Shown here piece after piece: positions 30,901 through 39,281 of a DNA stretch of 64,000 nt (the stretch's first letter is position 1; every line of letters starts with the position of its first letter). A program made the translations under genes and the position numbers. The notes below the pieces were generated by a model, which ran no database searches, was not told the DNA's origin, and was given only the letters and a program-made list of their open reading frames with translations. The DNA comes from Rhodopirellula sp. JB044. GTDB taxonomy: Bacteria; Planctomycetota; Planctomycetia; Pirellulales; Pirellulaceae. The DNA is taken from assembly GCF_043101355.1 (NCBI RefSeq), contig NZ_JBICHZ010000005.1. One strand, given 5' to 3'.

Positions 30901-32230
30901 CCTGCGGGTCACGCAACAAATCATCGCTGCCATCCCACCATGCGATGTTCTCGCCTGCCGGAAAAGGCGTTTCACTCAACAGATTGCGGACACGACGCCC
31001 CTTGTCGTCTTCAATCACAAGCGTCACGAGGCCGGCTTCGGGCAACGTGAACCGGATCGGGATCGGCGGCGGTTCCTCGCTTTGTTTGGGCAGAACCAGA
31101 CTCGCGATCTTTGCCTCACGAATTGGCGACAATGCCATCAGTTCGCCGAGCCACACGCGGCGTCCGTCTTTAATTTTTCGAACGACGTGCGAATGCCGCT
31201 CATTCGACGGCGCCGTCATGCGAACGCGAATCGCCCGCGTGCTCACCTCACGATCGAACGTGATCCAGTTCGGACCGAGTTGGCTCGGATACAGCGATTG
31301 CAGATCATGTCCGCGTCCGACACCAACCCATGACGCCTCGGAGGTTTCTCGCACGTTCGCATCGTCGTCTCCCGTGAAGGCATCGATTTCGCACTCCGCG
31401 AATCCCGCCCACAACAAACATACTCCGCTGAGCGTCACCGGCTTCGGCCAGGTCAGTGTGACGATTTCCGGATGCTCATCGGAAATCGGCAACGGTGCAC
31501 CGTCTTCGGCATTCCCCCAAGCCTGCCAAGTATGGTTGTGCGATTGATCGACGATCTTCATCGAAACATCGTCCCGTGCTCGCGACTGCACCAATGCCTG
31601 CGGTGCAACGTTGCCCATGCGCTGCGGCAACAGCCACACACCGGCGAGTTTGCCTGCCGTTTCGCGATCCCCGGCAGTGGGCGTGTGACTGAATCGCAGC
31701 GCCCGTGTCATGGTTCCCGGAGGCAATACCCACACTCCATAGTCGCCGGCCTCGACCTCCGATTCCGAGACGGAACCGACTACCAAACGCTGCGCCGAAA
31801 TCCATTGCGAGTCATCCGAAAGATTACCCGGATACTCCGCGTCCGGCTTCAGCACGCTCAGCGAACCGCCGCCACCGACGAGCACACTGCCCACCGGAAC
31901 GTGTTGCGTGAAACCGATCCGCAAATACCGCGTGCCGGCCTCCCCCCCCGCACCGTAGGTCGTTCCCTTCCAATGCGGTTGCGATTGCTCGCACCACACA
32001 ACGGCTTGGGGACCGACACGGGTGGCCGGGCTGTCACCTTCGATCGGAGACTCCGGTGCATTTCCTATGCGTTCCGCAAACGTCGCGGGATCGAGCAATG
32101 ATGCGTCGAAGGCGGGGAAGAGTTTAGTGGAGGACGTTTGCGCGAAAGCGGAATGATCCCCACTCGCCCCCGACATTGCCACCGTCACCGCGAGGATCGA
32201 GGCGACGAGGCAATTAAAACGAAAACACAT
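27902..32230 (-). CDS. Large secreted protein: beta-sandwich N-terminus, FlgD-type Ig domain, NHL beta-propeller, C-terminal CBM9/DOMON-like domain; function unknown
   Basis: Signal peptide; PIPIRFTLPEAGLVTLVIEDDKGRRVRNL...WWDG (FlgD-Ig); GLEDPRHIAIDAEGRYYISD and MNNPNGLAIDSQGRVWVAE (NHL); VDGKLDDW...YEVSVP (CBM9-like). Paralogue of the adjacent gene. Confidence 0.75.
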   Translation of the reverse strand: MCFRFNCLVASILAVTVAMSGASGDHSAFAQTSSTKLFPAFDASLLDPATFAERIGNAPESPIEGDSPATRVGPQAVVWCEQSQPHWKGTTYGAGGEAGTRYLRIGFTQHVPVGSVLVGGGGSLSVLKPDAEYPGNLSDDSQWISAQRLVVGSVSESEVEAGDYGVWVLPPGTMTRALRFSHTPTAGDRETAGKLAGVWLLPQRMGNVAPQALVQSRARDDVSMKIVDQSHNHTWQAWGNAEDGAPLPISDEHPEIVTLTWPKPVTLSGVCLLWAGFAECEIDAFTGDDDANVRETSEASWVGVGRGHDLQSLYPSQLGPNWITFDREVSTRAIRVRMTAPSNERHSHVVRKIKDGRRVWLGELMALSPIREAKIASLVLPKQSEEPPPIPIRFTLPEAGLVTLVIEDDKGRRVRNLLSETPFPAGENIAWWDGSDDLLRDPQAAAHGVYHIPSRPVAPGRYTVRGLWRKPLSLRYEFSIYNAGKPPWRTADNTGCWLTTHTPPTSMTFVSGDRTEDGEPLILMGCYVAEGGHGLQWLREDGTKVGGQHWVGGHWTGAPTLAVDLGTQAEKEHLCYVGSVWEGELRLTAKTKSLGDQSIFQTQLGDDPRPRKPTDPRPEPIEGFEGGDRRYVLSGLAAHDGMLVCSMLRQNELLFVDIPTGKQVGHLPVRSPRGVTFDERGRMLVLSENRLLAYSSVNSTQAETVIVEGLEDPRHIAIDAEGRYYISDRGSSHQVKIFSPSGKFMEAIGKAGAPTVGDYDPQHMNNPNGLAIDSQGRVWVAENDNYPRRVSVWSAHGDLERTFYGPTEYGGGGVLDSRDAGNFFYKGLEFSLDWENGTDKLARVFARPDPLLEAHYGHFSPDWPLYPSRGNGRRYFTSCYTHTPTGGDNVAFLWLDTGKQTRLVAALGDAHAWPYLREQPEFRSVWPDGTQPEKANPKPDKHATFLWMDLNADGKPQAAEIQMTRGQARGVTVTRDLDFIVSRLGEDTAMFRPTGIDTKGVPRYDFAPVRLGPAGGKPPSSGGNQTLHHNGWTISTNATKPFSPHGLGGTYQGEPRWSYPSPWPGLHASHEAAVPDRPGMVVGHTRLLGDFIDGPVGPMFGINGNMGNMYLFTADGLFVSTLFHDIRLRPNWAAPVATRNMDVTDVSLHDENFWPSMTQTPDGKVYVVDGGRTSLVRVDGLDSLKRLPDQQITITTADLDKARDWFARVELSRQQSLGTGILSVPMRTDTPTVDGKLDDWPVSAEWAMIDRRGTKANFNSDSRPYEVSGSLCIADGRLFAAWRTTEKDLLNNSGETPNALFKTGGCLDLMLQTDTDQRLLVTLVKGKMHAVLYRSKVPGTLNPVAFSSPWRTINIDVVKDVTTQVKFASDKAGNYEVSVPMATLHWAPKSGDIVRADMGVLRGSGGQTTQRVYWSNKATAITADVPSEAELTPKLWGRWQVK

Positions 32231-32247
32231 AGCGATGAAATCCAGAT

Positions 32248-35200
32248 CTACTCAAGAGTAAAAGTGCCCCACGCCGCCGGTACCAAGTCGGCTTCGCCCG
32301 GGACGTCGTTCACCAATCCAGTGGCTTGGTTGCTCCAGTATTGGCGGGAAACGGTTTGGGTACCGCCATCGCCAAACAGGACACCAACGTCGGCTTTGAG
32401 ACGGAGCCCCGACTCGGGCGTCACACCGAGTTCGCTCCACGGTATCGATGCTTCGACAATGAAACCACCGTGCGTGCCCCGCGATGCCAAAGTGATGTTG
32501 CGGCTGACGACAACACGGTCGAACGAAATCGTCCGCCATGGCGAACTGAAATCAAACTTCTCGTCCGCACTCGCCGTCGGATCCTTCTTCACGTTCAATA
32601 CGGCGACCGGAGTCTTTCCATCCTTGAACGTCATCAGTACACGCATATTCCCCGTGGATTCCTTGGAACTTTCAGGGCCAATCATCAGATCCACCGCATC
32701 GCCGGATTTGAATAGCAAACGATCATCCTGGCCAACATTTTTCATCGCTGAACGCGGAGCGAAGACACGATAGGCGAGATACAGACTTTGATCGTCGTAG
32801 CGGGCGAGGATCCGGGCGTAGCGTTTGCGTTCACTTTCCTGCACGTCTATGGCCGGCAACTTGTCATCGAGCAACGCGGGCCATTCGGTCGCCTTGCCAT
32901 CCACGGTCGCATTGCCGCGGGGGACCGTAAACGTTTTGGGCACCGACGCCTCGGCCAGTTTCTGCGACAACGATTCCTGGGCTTCGGCGAACTGCGAACG
33001 CGTGTAAGTAAACGTGCCACTGAAGCGTCGGATCGATTCGAGCCCACTGACTTTGATCACCCGAGCGTCCGTGCCACCGTTGGTCAGATACGTCTCTCCG
33101 CTAACGGTACGAATGAAGTTACCGCCAAAGCTCTCACCACCGGCCGTGATAGCGTCGAGCGGCATGCCGAGTTCGGCGTGCGCGGGATTTTCCGAAAAAC
33201 CACGTGTGTCCCGAAAGAGAGACTGAATGAACAGGCCATCGTGGGTGAACAGATAGTTCTCGCCGAGGTTACCGTTGAGACAGAACAGCTCGCCCGCTTC
33301 GCCCTGCGTTTCATCGCCAACCTGAACCACACCGAGGAACGACGACGGCCCGATCAGATAGCCGGGACGCGCGGCCTTTGCCCGGTGCGAACCGTGTACT
33401 GACATATGTCGGTTGGGATATCCGCCCACGACGTGGCCGCTTTGCTCGACCATGATCAGCGGGTCTTGGTTGATATAGATCCGCCCGTTTGTGCCACCAA
33501 TGACTTGCCCCTCACCATTGCCGCCGCCGATGATGTCACGGTTGGGACGAATGACCCTCGGCTTGCTAAGGTCGTAGATCGGCGCGCCAACTTCGGTATA
33601 TCCCGAAACGGGAAATTGAACCAATTCCTGACGGTTTCGAACGAGGTACGTGATCGTGCCATCGGTGTCAGGAAGCTGCCCCCAATAGAAGTTACGCAGC
33701 GAAACCGGAGTCCCGTCGATTTCGATGCTCGCAAACATCAACTCAGCTTCTTGCACCAAACCGTCACCGTTTTGGTCGGCCCAAGAGTAACGCTGCCTAC
33801 CGCTTCCTTCAAAAAGATGTTGGAACTTCTTGAAGCGATTACCTCGTCCTTGCCCAACGAGACCCGTGTGCGCCACCGAACGCCAGTGCTCTCCGTCAAA
33901 CAGCGTGCAATGCACCTCGCTCGAACCACGCGACGAGGCGGTCGTGTAGACATACAGCATTCCATTCTTCTTCACCACACGGCTGGTCAAACGGTGGACC
34001 GACGGCGGAAACAGGTCATTGGGATCGTCACTTCCTCCCACCGAGTAAATCGGCTCCGATGTCCCGTCTTCCCAGTTCAAGCGATACACCGTGTCGTCGG
34101 CAAACCCCATCGAAGGATCAAAGGGATTTACCGTGCCGGCTCCTGCATAGCTGGTCGTGCCACTGAAGTCTTGAATCAACTCGCCGCTGTCAACATCCCA
34201 CAAACTGGTCCGTTTCGGATTGTCCGTTTCTTCGGTAACCCAAAGACGATTGAGACTGTCGATCGCAATGCCCGCCGGCCGACGCATCGCCTCGGCAATG
34301 AACTTGCCGTGAAGCGGACGTCCACCCCGCTTGCCGATCTCACTGAGCAACTCTCCATCAACTGAGAAAACTTTGACGTTTTGGTCACTGCCGCGAACCG
34401 AAACATACACACGTCCATCGGCTCCTGTCGCCAGTCCCCACGCTTCAGCGTAGGCCTGCGAGGTGAACGGCCGGACGCCACCTCGATCATTCGCAATCAG
34501 AATGCGTCCTTTCGAGAGCACGAGCAGGTCGCCCTGTGACGTATAGGCGACCGCCTTCGGTTCATCAATCTCGATACCTGAGAGCTGTTCGCCCGTTTCC
34601 GCATGATACAACCGAACCTCGTTCTCCCGCGCGAAGGCGGCAGCCAACACATGATCGTGCAACGCGATACTGCGGAGGTTGGCCTCCGTTTTCGCAGCAG
34701 CCAATCCCGGTTGATCCGAGACAACGAGATCCACGTTATTGAATTCTTGCTGTTCACCTGTCGGAGCGATGTCCCATGGTGCATAACGCCCGTCAGCCAA
34801 TGTGACTCGATAGATGAGCGATTGTTTTCCCTCGGTGGCCACCCACAACGTCGTTCCGTCCGTAGCCAACGAAATATGTCCGCCATCGAAAGCCACCCGG
34901 TTACCGAGCCCCCATAAACGCTGACCGTTTAGGTCGGTCGCAATGAGATGCTTACCAGCCTCGCCCATCGGTGTCGCCAGAGCCACAAAATCCCCCGCCG
35001 CCGCAGCCGCTTGCGGTGCGGTATGGTCGCCATAGAACGCTCCGCGGCCATCGTCGGTCGCCCAACTCGGATTCCCCGGGTTGGCGAACGAAAGAGCGTA
35101 GTTCAACCGAATCCCATCATGCCTCAAAGCGTGAAACGTGTAGTCGCCTGGCAGCACAGGCTTGCCCTCGTCATCCAATCCGTCCCACTTCTCGATGTTC

Positions 35201-36135
35201 TTCCCGGCTTGACGAGGCTGTGCGGCAACGAGATTGCGGATCCGCCGTCCTTCGGAGTCGTCGATCGCCAAGGTCACCTTGCCTTCCTCGGGCAACTCAT
35301 ACTCGATCGCAACAGGCCCGGTCGGCTGATCGGCAGCTTGCTCTTTCATCCATGCGGGTTCGGGAAGGTCCAAGTCACCTTTCGGTTCTAGGATCAGTTC
35401 GCCCCACCCTTTGTGATTGGTGAAAAAGAACTCTCGACCGTGCGCTCCCTCACCCAGGTTGTCCGCATATCGATGAGACGGCCAATCGCCTTGCCCCCAA
35501 AACAGCTCAAAGCCCAACTGAAACCTATCACCGGCCTCGTATTTCTTATCTGTCACGAGCGACCATGGCAGCTTGATTTCTTGCACATAGCCGTTGCCAT
35601 CCTCATCTTTGCGGTAGGCGGTCTCGACACCACCGTCCAACTTCCATCCATCCTGTTGAAACAAACTTTCGGTACCGCCACCAAAGGGCGTGTCTAAATC
35701 TTTTCCGCGATCGACGTAAAAGCCCGGCTTCTTTTCATCCGCAAAGTACCACGCAGTGAGGTGGGTAATGCGGTCGGTCTTAAACCGAATCTGCACACTG
35801 TCACCGGCCCATCCCCGGTTCGCTTGAAAGCGAGGGTCGTGCCGGTTGCCCATCGGCGTCGTGTCCGTGAACTCAGCGGAAATATAGATACACTCCGAGT
35901 CATACATCACCGCCACTTTTGCGGAATACACATCCTGCAGCGACTCCAGGTCATAACACATCAGCGTTTGACCGGAGAGATCCCAATCCGCGAGGTCACC
36001 GTCGATAACAACGTCTCCCGGAACCGGCACCGCGTGCAATCCACGATTATCCGTTTGTGTAGCAAAGGCAGTCGAGGAACAGCAAAGAACGGCTGCAGCA
36101 ACAGAGATAGCAAGATGCCTGAAATCAAAGATCAT
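32248..36135 (-). CDS. Large secreted protein: CBM9-like, FlgD-type Ig, beta-propeller/NHL, CBM9-like; function unknown
   Basis: Signal peptide from the ATG at 36135, overlapping the SGNH stop; VIDGDLADWD...YDSECIYI (CBM9-like); IEYELPEEGKVTLAIDDSEGRRIRNL...WDGLDDEG (FlgD-Ig); RRPAGIAIDSLNRLWVTE. Shares FSSPWRTI and YWSN.AT...DVP.EA.L.P..WG with the neighbour. Confidence 0.75.
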   Translation of the reverse strand: MIFDFRHLAISVAAAVLCCSSTAFATQTDNRGLHAVPVPGDVVIDGDLADWDLSGQTLMCYDLESLQDVYSAKVAVMYDSECIYISAEFTDTTPMGNRHDPRFQANRGWAGDSVQIRFKTDRITHLTAWYFADEKKPGFYVDRGKDLDTPFGGGTESLFQQDGWKLDGGVETAYRKDEDGNGYVQEIKLPWSLVTDKKYEAGDRFQLGFELFWGQGDWPSHRYADNLGEGAHGREFFFTNHKGWGELILEPKGDLDLPEPAWMKEQAADQPTGPVAIEYELPEEGKVTLAIDDSEGRRIRNLVAAQPRQAGKNIEKWDGLDDEGKPVLPGDYTFHALRHDGIRLNYALSFANPGNPSWATDDGRGAFYGDHTAPQAAAAAGDFVALATPMGEAGKHLIATDLNGQRLWGLGNRVAFDGGHISLATDGTTLWVATEGKQSLIYRVTLADGRYAPWDIAPTGEQQEFNNVDLVVSDQPGLAAAKTEANLRSIALHDHVLAAAFARENEVRLYHAETGEQLSGIEIDEPKAVAYTSQGDLLVLSKGRILIANDRGGVRPFTSQAYAEAWGLATGADGRVYVSVRGSDQNVKVFSVDGELLSEIGKRGGRPLHGKFIAEAMRRPAGIAIDSLNRLWVTEETDNPKRTSLWDVDSGELIQDFSGTTSYAGAGTVNPFDPSMGFADDTVYRLNWEDGTSEPIYSVGGSDDPNDLFPPSVHRLTSRVVKKNGMLYVYTTASSRGSSEVHCTLFDGEHWRSVAHTGLVGQGRGNRFKKFQHLFEGSGRQRYSWADQNGDGLVQEAELMFASIEIDGTPVSLRNFYWGQLPDTDGTITYLVRNRQELVQFPVSGYTEVGAPIYDLSKPRVIRPNRDIIGGGNGEGQVIGGTNGRIYINQDPLIMVEQSGHVVGGYPNRHMSVHGSHRAKAARPGYLIGPSSFLGVVQVGDETQGEAGELFCLNGNLGENYLFTHDGLFIQSLFRDTRGFSENPAHAELGMPLDAITAGGESFGGNFIRTVSGETYLTNGGTDARVIKVSGLESIRRFSGTFTYTRSQFAEAQESLSQKLAEASVPKTFTVPRGNATVDGKATEWPALLDDKLPAIDVQESERKRYARILARYDDQSLYLAYRVFAPRSAMKNVGQDDRLLFKSGDAVDLMIGPESSKESTGNMRVLMTFKDGKTPVAVLNVKKDPTASADEKFDFSSPWRTISFDRVVVSRNITLASRGTHGGFIVEASIPWSELGVTPESGLRLKADVGVLFGDGGTQTVSRQYWSNQATGLVNDVPGEADLVPAAWGTFTLE

Positions 36136-37444
36136 TGAGAATGGAACTTTCATTAGACGGAAAGGGAAACACCTTGGCGTCGCCACCTGCGACACAGATA
36201 CTCTCGAGGCGCAGTTCTTGCTCCTCGAGTTCAGGTGAAAAGATTGGTTCAATCTCGAGCGTGTGATTGCGATCCGCGGCTAGATCCTCAGCAATGACGG
36301 CCACATGATGCGTGTTGCCGTTCGCCCTGGCTGAAACACTCGCCGAATCGAACTCACATATCGGCTCTTTGCCACCAGGCTGCGCCCGCTCGACGAGCTT
36401 GCCATCAATGTAGGCACGGTACCTCACCGACTTGGTCGTGCCTTCACCAAACAGCAATACCATGTTGCCACGAAAGGAAATTTTCAGTCGCTCGACTTCC
36501 TGCAAAGAGGACCGCTTCTTCCCTTCAGCGTCCTGGACTCCGACGCGATTTGACGCAACCACTTCATCCTCGAGCCATCGCGACATCAACATGTCAAAGT
36601 AGGCCGACGTGAGATTCGGCGACTCTTTGCGCCATCCCCTGGGAAGTTCGCCAAGCGTGGAAATGCGCACACGCGATTGCGTTCGATACGTTTCGCCGTA
36701 GACCATTTCCTGCGGTGCCTCGCAGACAACATCACGACGCACGCCATCCTCAAAGGCCGCCCACGCTGCATCAGCGAAAAGCTGATAACCGACATCGCCG
36801 GGATGCACGAGATCAAATGGCCAAATTTGCTTCACCGTCACCTCTCCCGCCTTCACTCGCTGCACCGCGAGCGAGATCGCATCACCAACCGTGGTGCGAT
36901 AAACCTGGGAAAGCGACCGATGCGCTGTGCGGCGTTTCATTCTTTCGAAATCCGCCGCCTTCACGTTCCAACCAAACTGGAAGATCAACTGCACTACCGG
37001 CGCGCGTCCTTCCTCAATGATCCGCCACAACAGCGACTCATACGCGGCCAACTTTTCAGCATCCGCGGTATTGATATCGTCGTTGGCCGAGAAATCCAGA
37101 AACACCAAGTCTGGCTTGTGCCGCAGAACATCACGATCCAACCGAAACACGGCCAACTGCGAATTTGTCCCGCCAATCGATGCGTCATGAAACGAGAAGT
37201 GCGCGTCCGGATACGCATCCTGCAAACGCCTAGCAACCTTCGCGCGATACGAAGTCAATTGCGGATCAGTGGCATTGGATCCCCATGTGAGCGAAGCCCC
37301 AAAAAAGACCACGTTCAACCGTTCGCCCGCCTTCGCGCGTCGGTCAAATTCGCCAAACGACGCCGACGTCATGCCCTGCGCATCGGCAACAAACAGGAAC
37401 ACACATAAAAGAACAGCCAAAGAAAAAACCGGAGAATTGCGCAT
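36125..37444 (-). CDS. Secreted SGNH/GDSL hydrolase (likely carbohydrate acetylesterase)
   Basis: Signal peptide; block I FFGASLTWG; block II ASIGGTNS; block III DFSAND; block V DLVHPGDVGY. Confidence 0.85.
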   Translation of the reverse strand: MRNSPVFSLAVLLCVFLFVADAQGMTSASFGEFDRRAKAGERLNVVFFGASLTWGSNATDPQLTSYRAKVARRLQDAYPDAHFSFHDASIGGTNSQLAVFRLDRDVLRHKPDLVFLDFSANDDINTADAEKLAAYESLLWRIIEEGRAPVVQLIFQFGWNVKAADFERMKRRTAHRSLSQVYRTTVGDAISLAVQRVKAGEVTVKQIWPFDLVHPGDVGYQLFADAAWAAFEDGVRRDVVCEAPQEMVYGETYRTQSRVRISTLGELPRGWRKESPNLTSAYFDMLMSRWLEDEVVASNRVGVQDAEGKKRSSLQEVERLKISFRGNMVLLFGEGTTKSVRYRAYIDGKLVERAQPGGKEPICEFDSASVSARANGNTHHVAVIAEDLAADRNHTLEIEPIFSPELEEQELRLESICVAGGDAKVFPFPSNESSILNDL

Positions 37445-37576
37445 GCGAATGTGTTTGCCTAGCCAGAGATTTGGTCCTGACTGGCATATGGCGCACCGAT
37501 CCGAAATTACACCTGAAATAGCGGAAGGATCGCAACCTTTTTCGTAAACTCCGCTGCCCTCCCGCTGTCGTCTTGC

Positions 37577-38080
37577 CTAGCCCGCCGGGCTGGAGAGGAG
37601 CAACTGACAACATTCGGGTTCGCAGACGCCTGAGATCAGTTGCACCGCTTTATCGCTGCTGCTAACGAATTTTTCACACGACAAACCGAGAGTCGCATAG
37701 CCCGCGTCCGTGATTGTTTCGCAGGAAGCGCCATAAGCAATTACGCCTACCTTTGCCAACAATGCCGTCGCAGCACACATCGGGCACGGCTCACCACTAC
37801 TGACTAGAACGTATCCACTTAAATCCGGTGTATTGAGTTTTTTGCATGCCGCGTTAATCGCGTTGACTTCACCATGGCGACTGACTTCGCTGGTTTCCGA
37901 AACCGTATTGTGCGCGAGCGCAACCATGTCTCCCGATGGCGAGAAGACTCCGGCGGCAAACGGAGACTGCCCTTCCTTCAAACCGCTACGCAGCTCGTCG
38001 AGCACTACGAGCATCCAACGCTCTAACGTTGACAAATCGATATCCTGTGGGCTGGCTTCTCGCTGTGCTGTCGCTTTCAT
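37577..38080 (-). CDS. Zn-dependent nucleoside/nucleobase deaminase (cytidine deaminase/TadA/GuaD-like fold)
   Basis: PFAAGV...HN...HGEVNAI...SSGEPCPMCA motifs. Confidence 0.88.
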   Translation of the reverse strand: MKATAQREASPQDIDLSTLERWMLVVLDELRSGLKEGQSPFAAGVFSPSGDMVALAHNTVSETSEVSRHGEVNAINAACKKLNTPDLSGYVLVSSGEPCPMCAATALLAKVGVIAYGASCETITDAGYATLGLSCEKFVSSSDKAVQLISGVCEPECCQLLLSSPAG

Positions 38081-38188
38081 CGCTTTTCAGTCTCCCTTTC
38101 GTCGGTTCTCAGACATTCCGCTTCGGTACGGTTCTTGCTGAACAAACTCGGCAGCAAAGCCCGTGCCCAAGAAACCGGATGAGAGAGC

Positions 38189-39058
38189 ATGTCCACGATG
38201 AACGCAGATTCCCAACAACAGAGTACGATCGATACGCCCGATGGCAGAGGCCTTCATCTACGACGTTGGGGCGAAGGGGCCGGCGACATCGCGATCGTGG
38301 TGGTGCACGGACTCGGTGAACACAGCGGATGGTACGACGAATTCGGCGAAATGATGGCCTTCGAAGCCATCTCCAATGACAACATCATTACGTACGCCTA
38401 TGACCAGCACGGCCACGGCAAGAGCCCCGGTGTTCGCGGGCATGCCCCATCGCTGGATCGGCTCGTCGATGACGTCCAGGTCGTCTGCGATTATGTTGCC
38501 GAGGCTCAACCCGGCGCCGAAATCGTTTTACTCGGACACAGCATGGGTGGTCACATTACGCTCAAATACCTTCTGCGAAGCAACAGTCATCCGGTCCATC
38601 GCGCCATCGTCACCAACCCAATGATCTTGCCGAAAAATCCTCCTACCCGAGCGCAATCCTTTGCGGCATGGCTGACGGCAAAGATCATTCCGAGAGTCCG
38701 AGTCTCGGCAAACATCGAACCGACTCAGTTGACTCAAGACACCGAAATGCTCACACAACTCGCGCACGATCCTCTGATGCATGAAAAGCTGTCAATCGGA
38801 ATAGGAGGGGAATTGATGTCCAGCGGCCATGAGATTCTCGAAGAAGCCTCCAGCCTCACCACCGAGTTGCTGTTCCTCACCGGTAGCGATGACGATATTT
38901 GTGACACGGAAACGAGCCAAACGTTCTGCGAACGCGCAGGAGAAAGCTGTTGCACAAAAACCTTTAACGGACTCCGACACTCGCTCCTCATCGAAGCACG
39001 CCGCGACGAAGTCTTCGAAACCATCAAAACATGGTTGTCCCCGAACACAGACCGCTAA
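38189..39058 (+). CDS. Alpha/beta hydrolase, lysophospholipase/monoglyceride lipase family
   Basis: VHGLGEHSGWY; YDQHGHGKSPG.RG; GHSMGG nucleophile elbow; GSDDDI; H in GLRHSLL. Confidence 0.88.
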   Translation: MSTMNADSQQQSTIDTPDGRGLHLRRWGEGAGDIAIVVVHGLGEHSGWYDEFGEMMAFEAISNDNIITYAYDQHGHGKSPGVRGHAPSLDRLVDDVQVVCDYVAEAQPGAEIVLLGHSMGGHITLKYLLRSNSHPVHRAIVTNPMILPKNPPTRAQSFAAWLTAKIIPRVRVSANIEPTQLTQDTEMLTQLAHDPLMHEKLSIGIGGELMSSGHEILEEASSLTTELLFLTGSDDDICDTETSQTFCERAGESCCTKTFNGLRHSLLIEARRDEVFETIKTWLSPNTDR

Positions 39059-39281
39059 TGCCTTCCTGCAATGCGGAGGATTGAGCCGCCTGCTGCGAGT
39101 CACCTTGCCGCACCCTCGAACGTTGCCTAGCGGGATCGCGTTCGAAAGGGTGCGATTTCTTTGCGTTGTGCGAGATCAACTTCACTGGTCAGATAATTTT
39201 TGCGTTGAGGTTCCCCCCTTCCGCATTCGCTTCTCGGATTGGAAAACCGCATGTCGGAAATCCCAGAACAGATCGATTACC

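Noticed and set aside
30233-31333. 366-aa + strand ORF (also 33406-34365 and others) opposite the giant proteins
   Set aside because: Antisense shadows of long high-GC genes: Arg/His-rich, with no motifs or signal peptides.
39150-39210. TGCG-containing repeats upstream of PL11 as an operator
   Set aside because: Spacings are 18 and 39 bp rather than 21, with no matching upstream half-site.
38829-39281. N-terminal 150 aa of the 890-aa PL11 ORF
   Set aside because: Overlaps the lysophospholipase and the intergenic promoter region; it is an open-frame extension, not a fusion.
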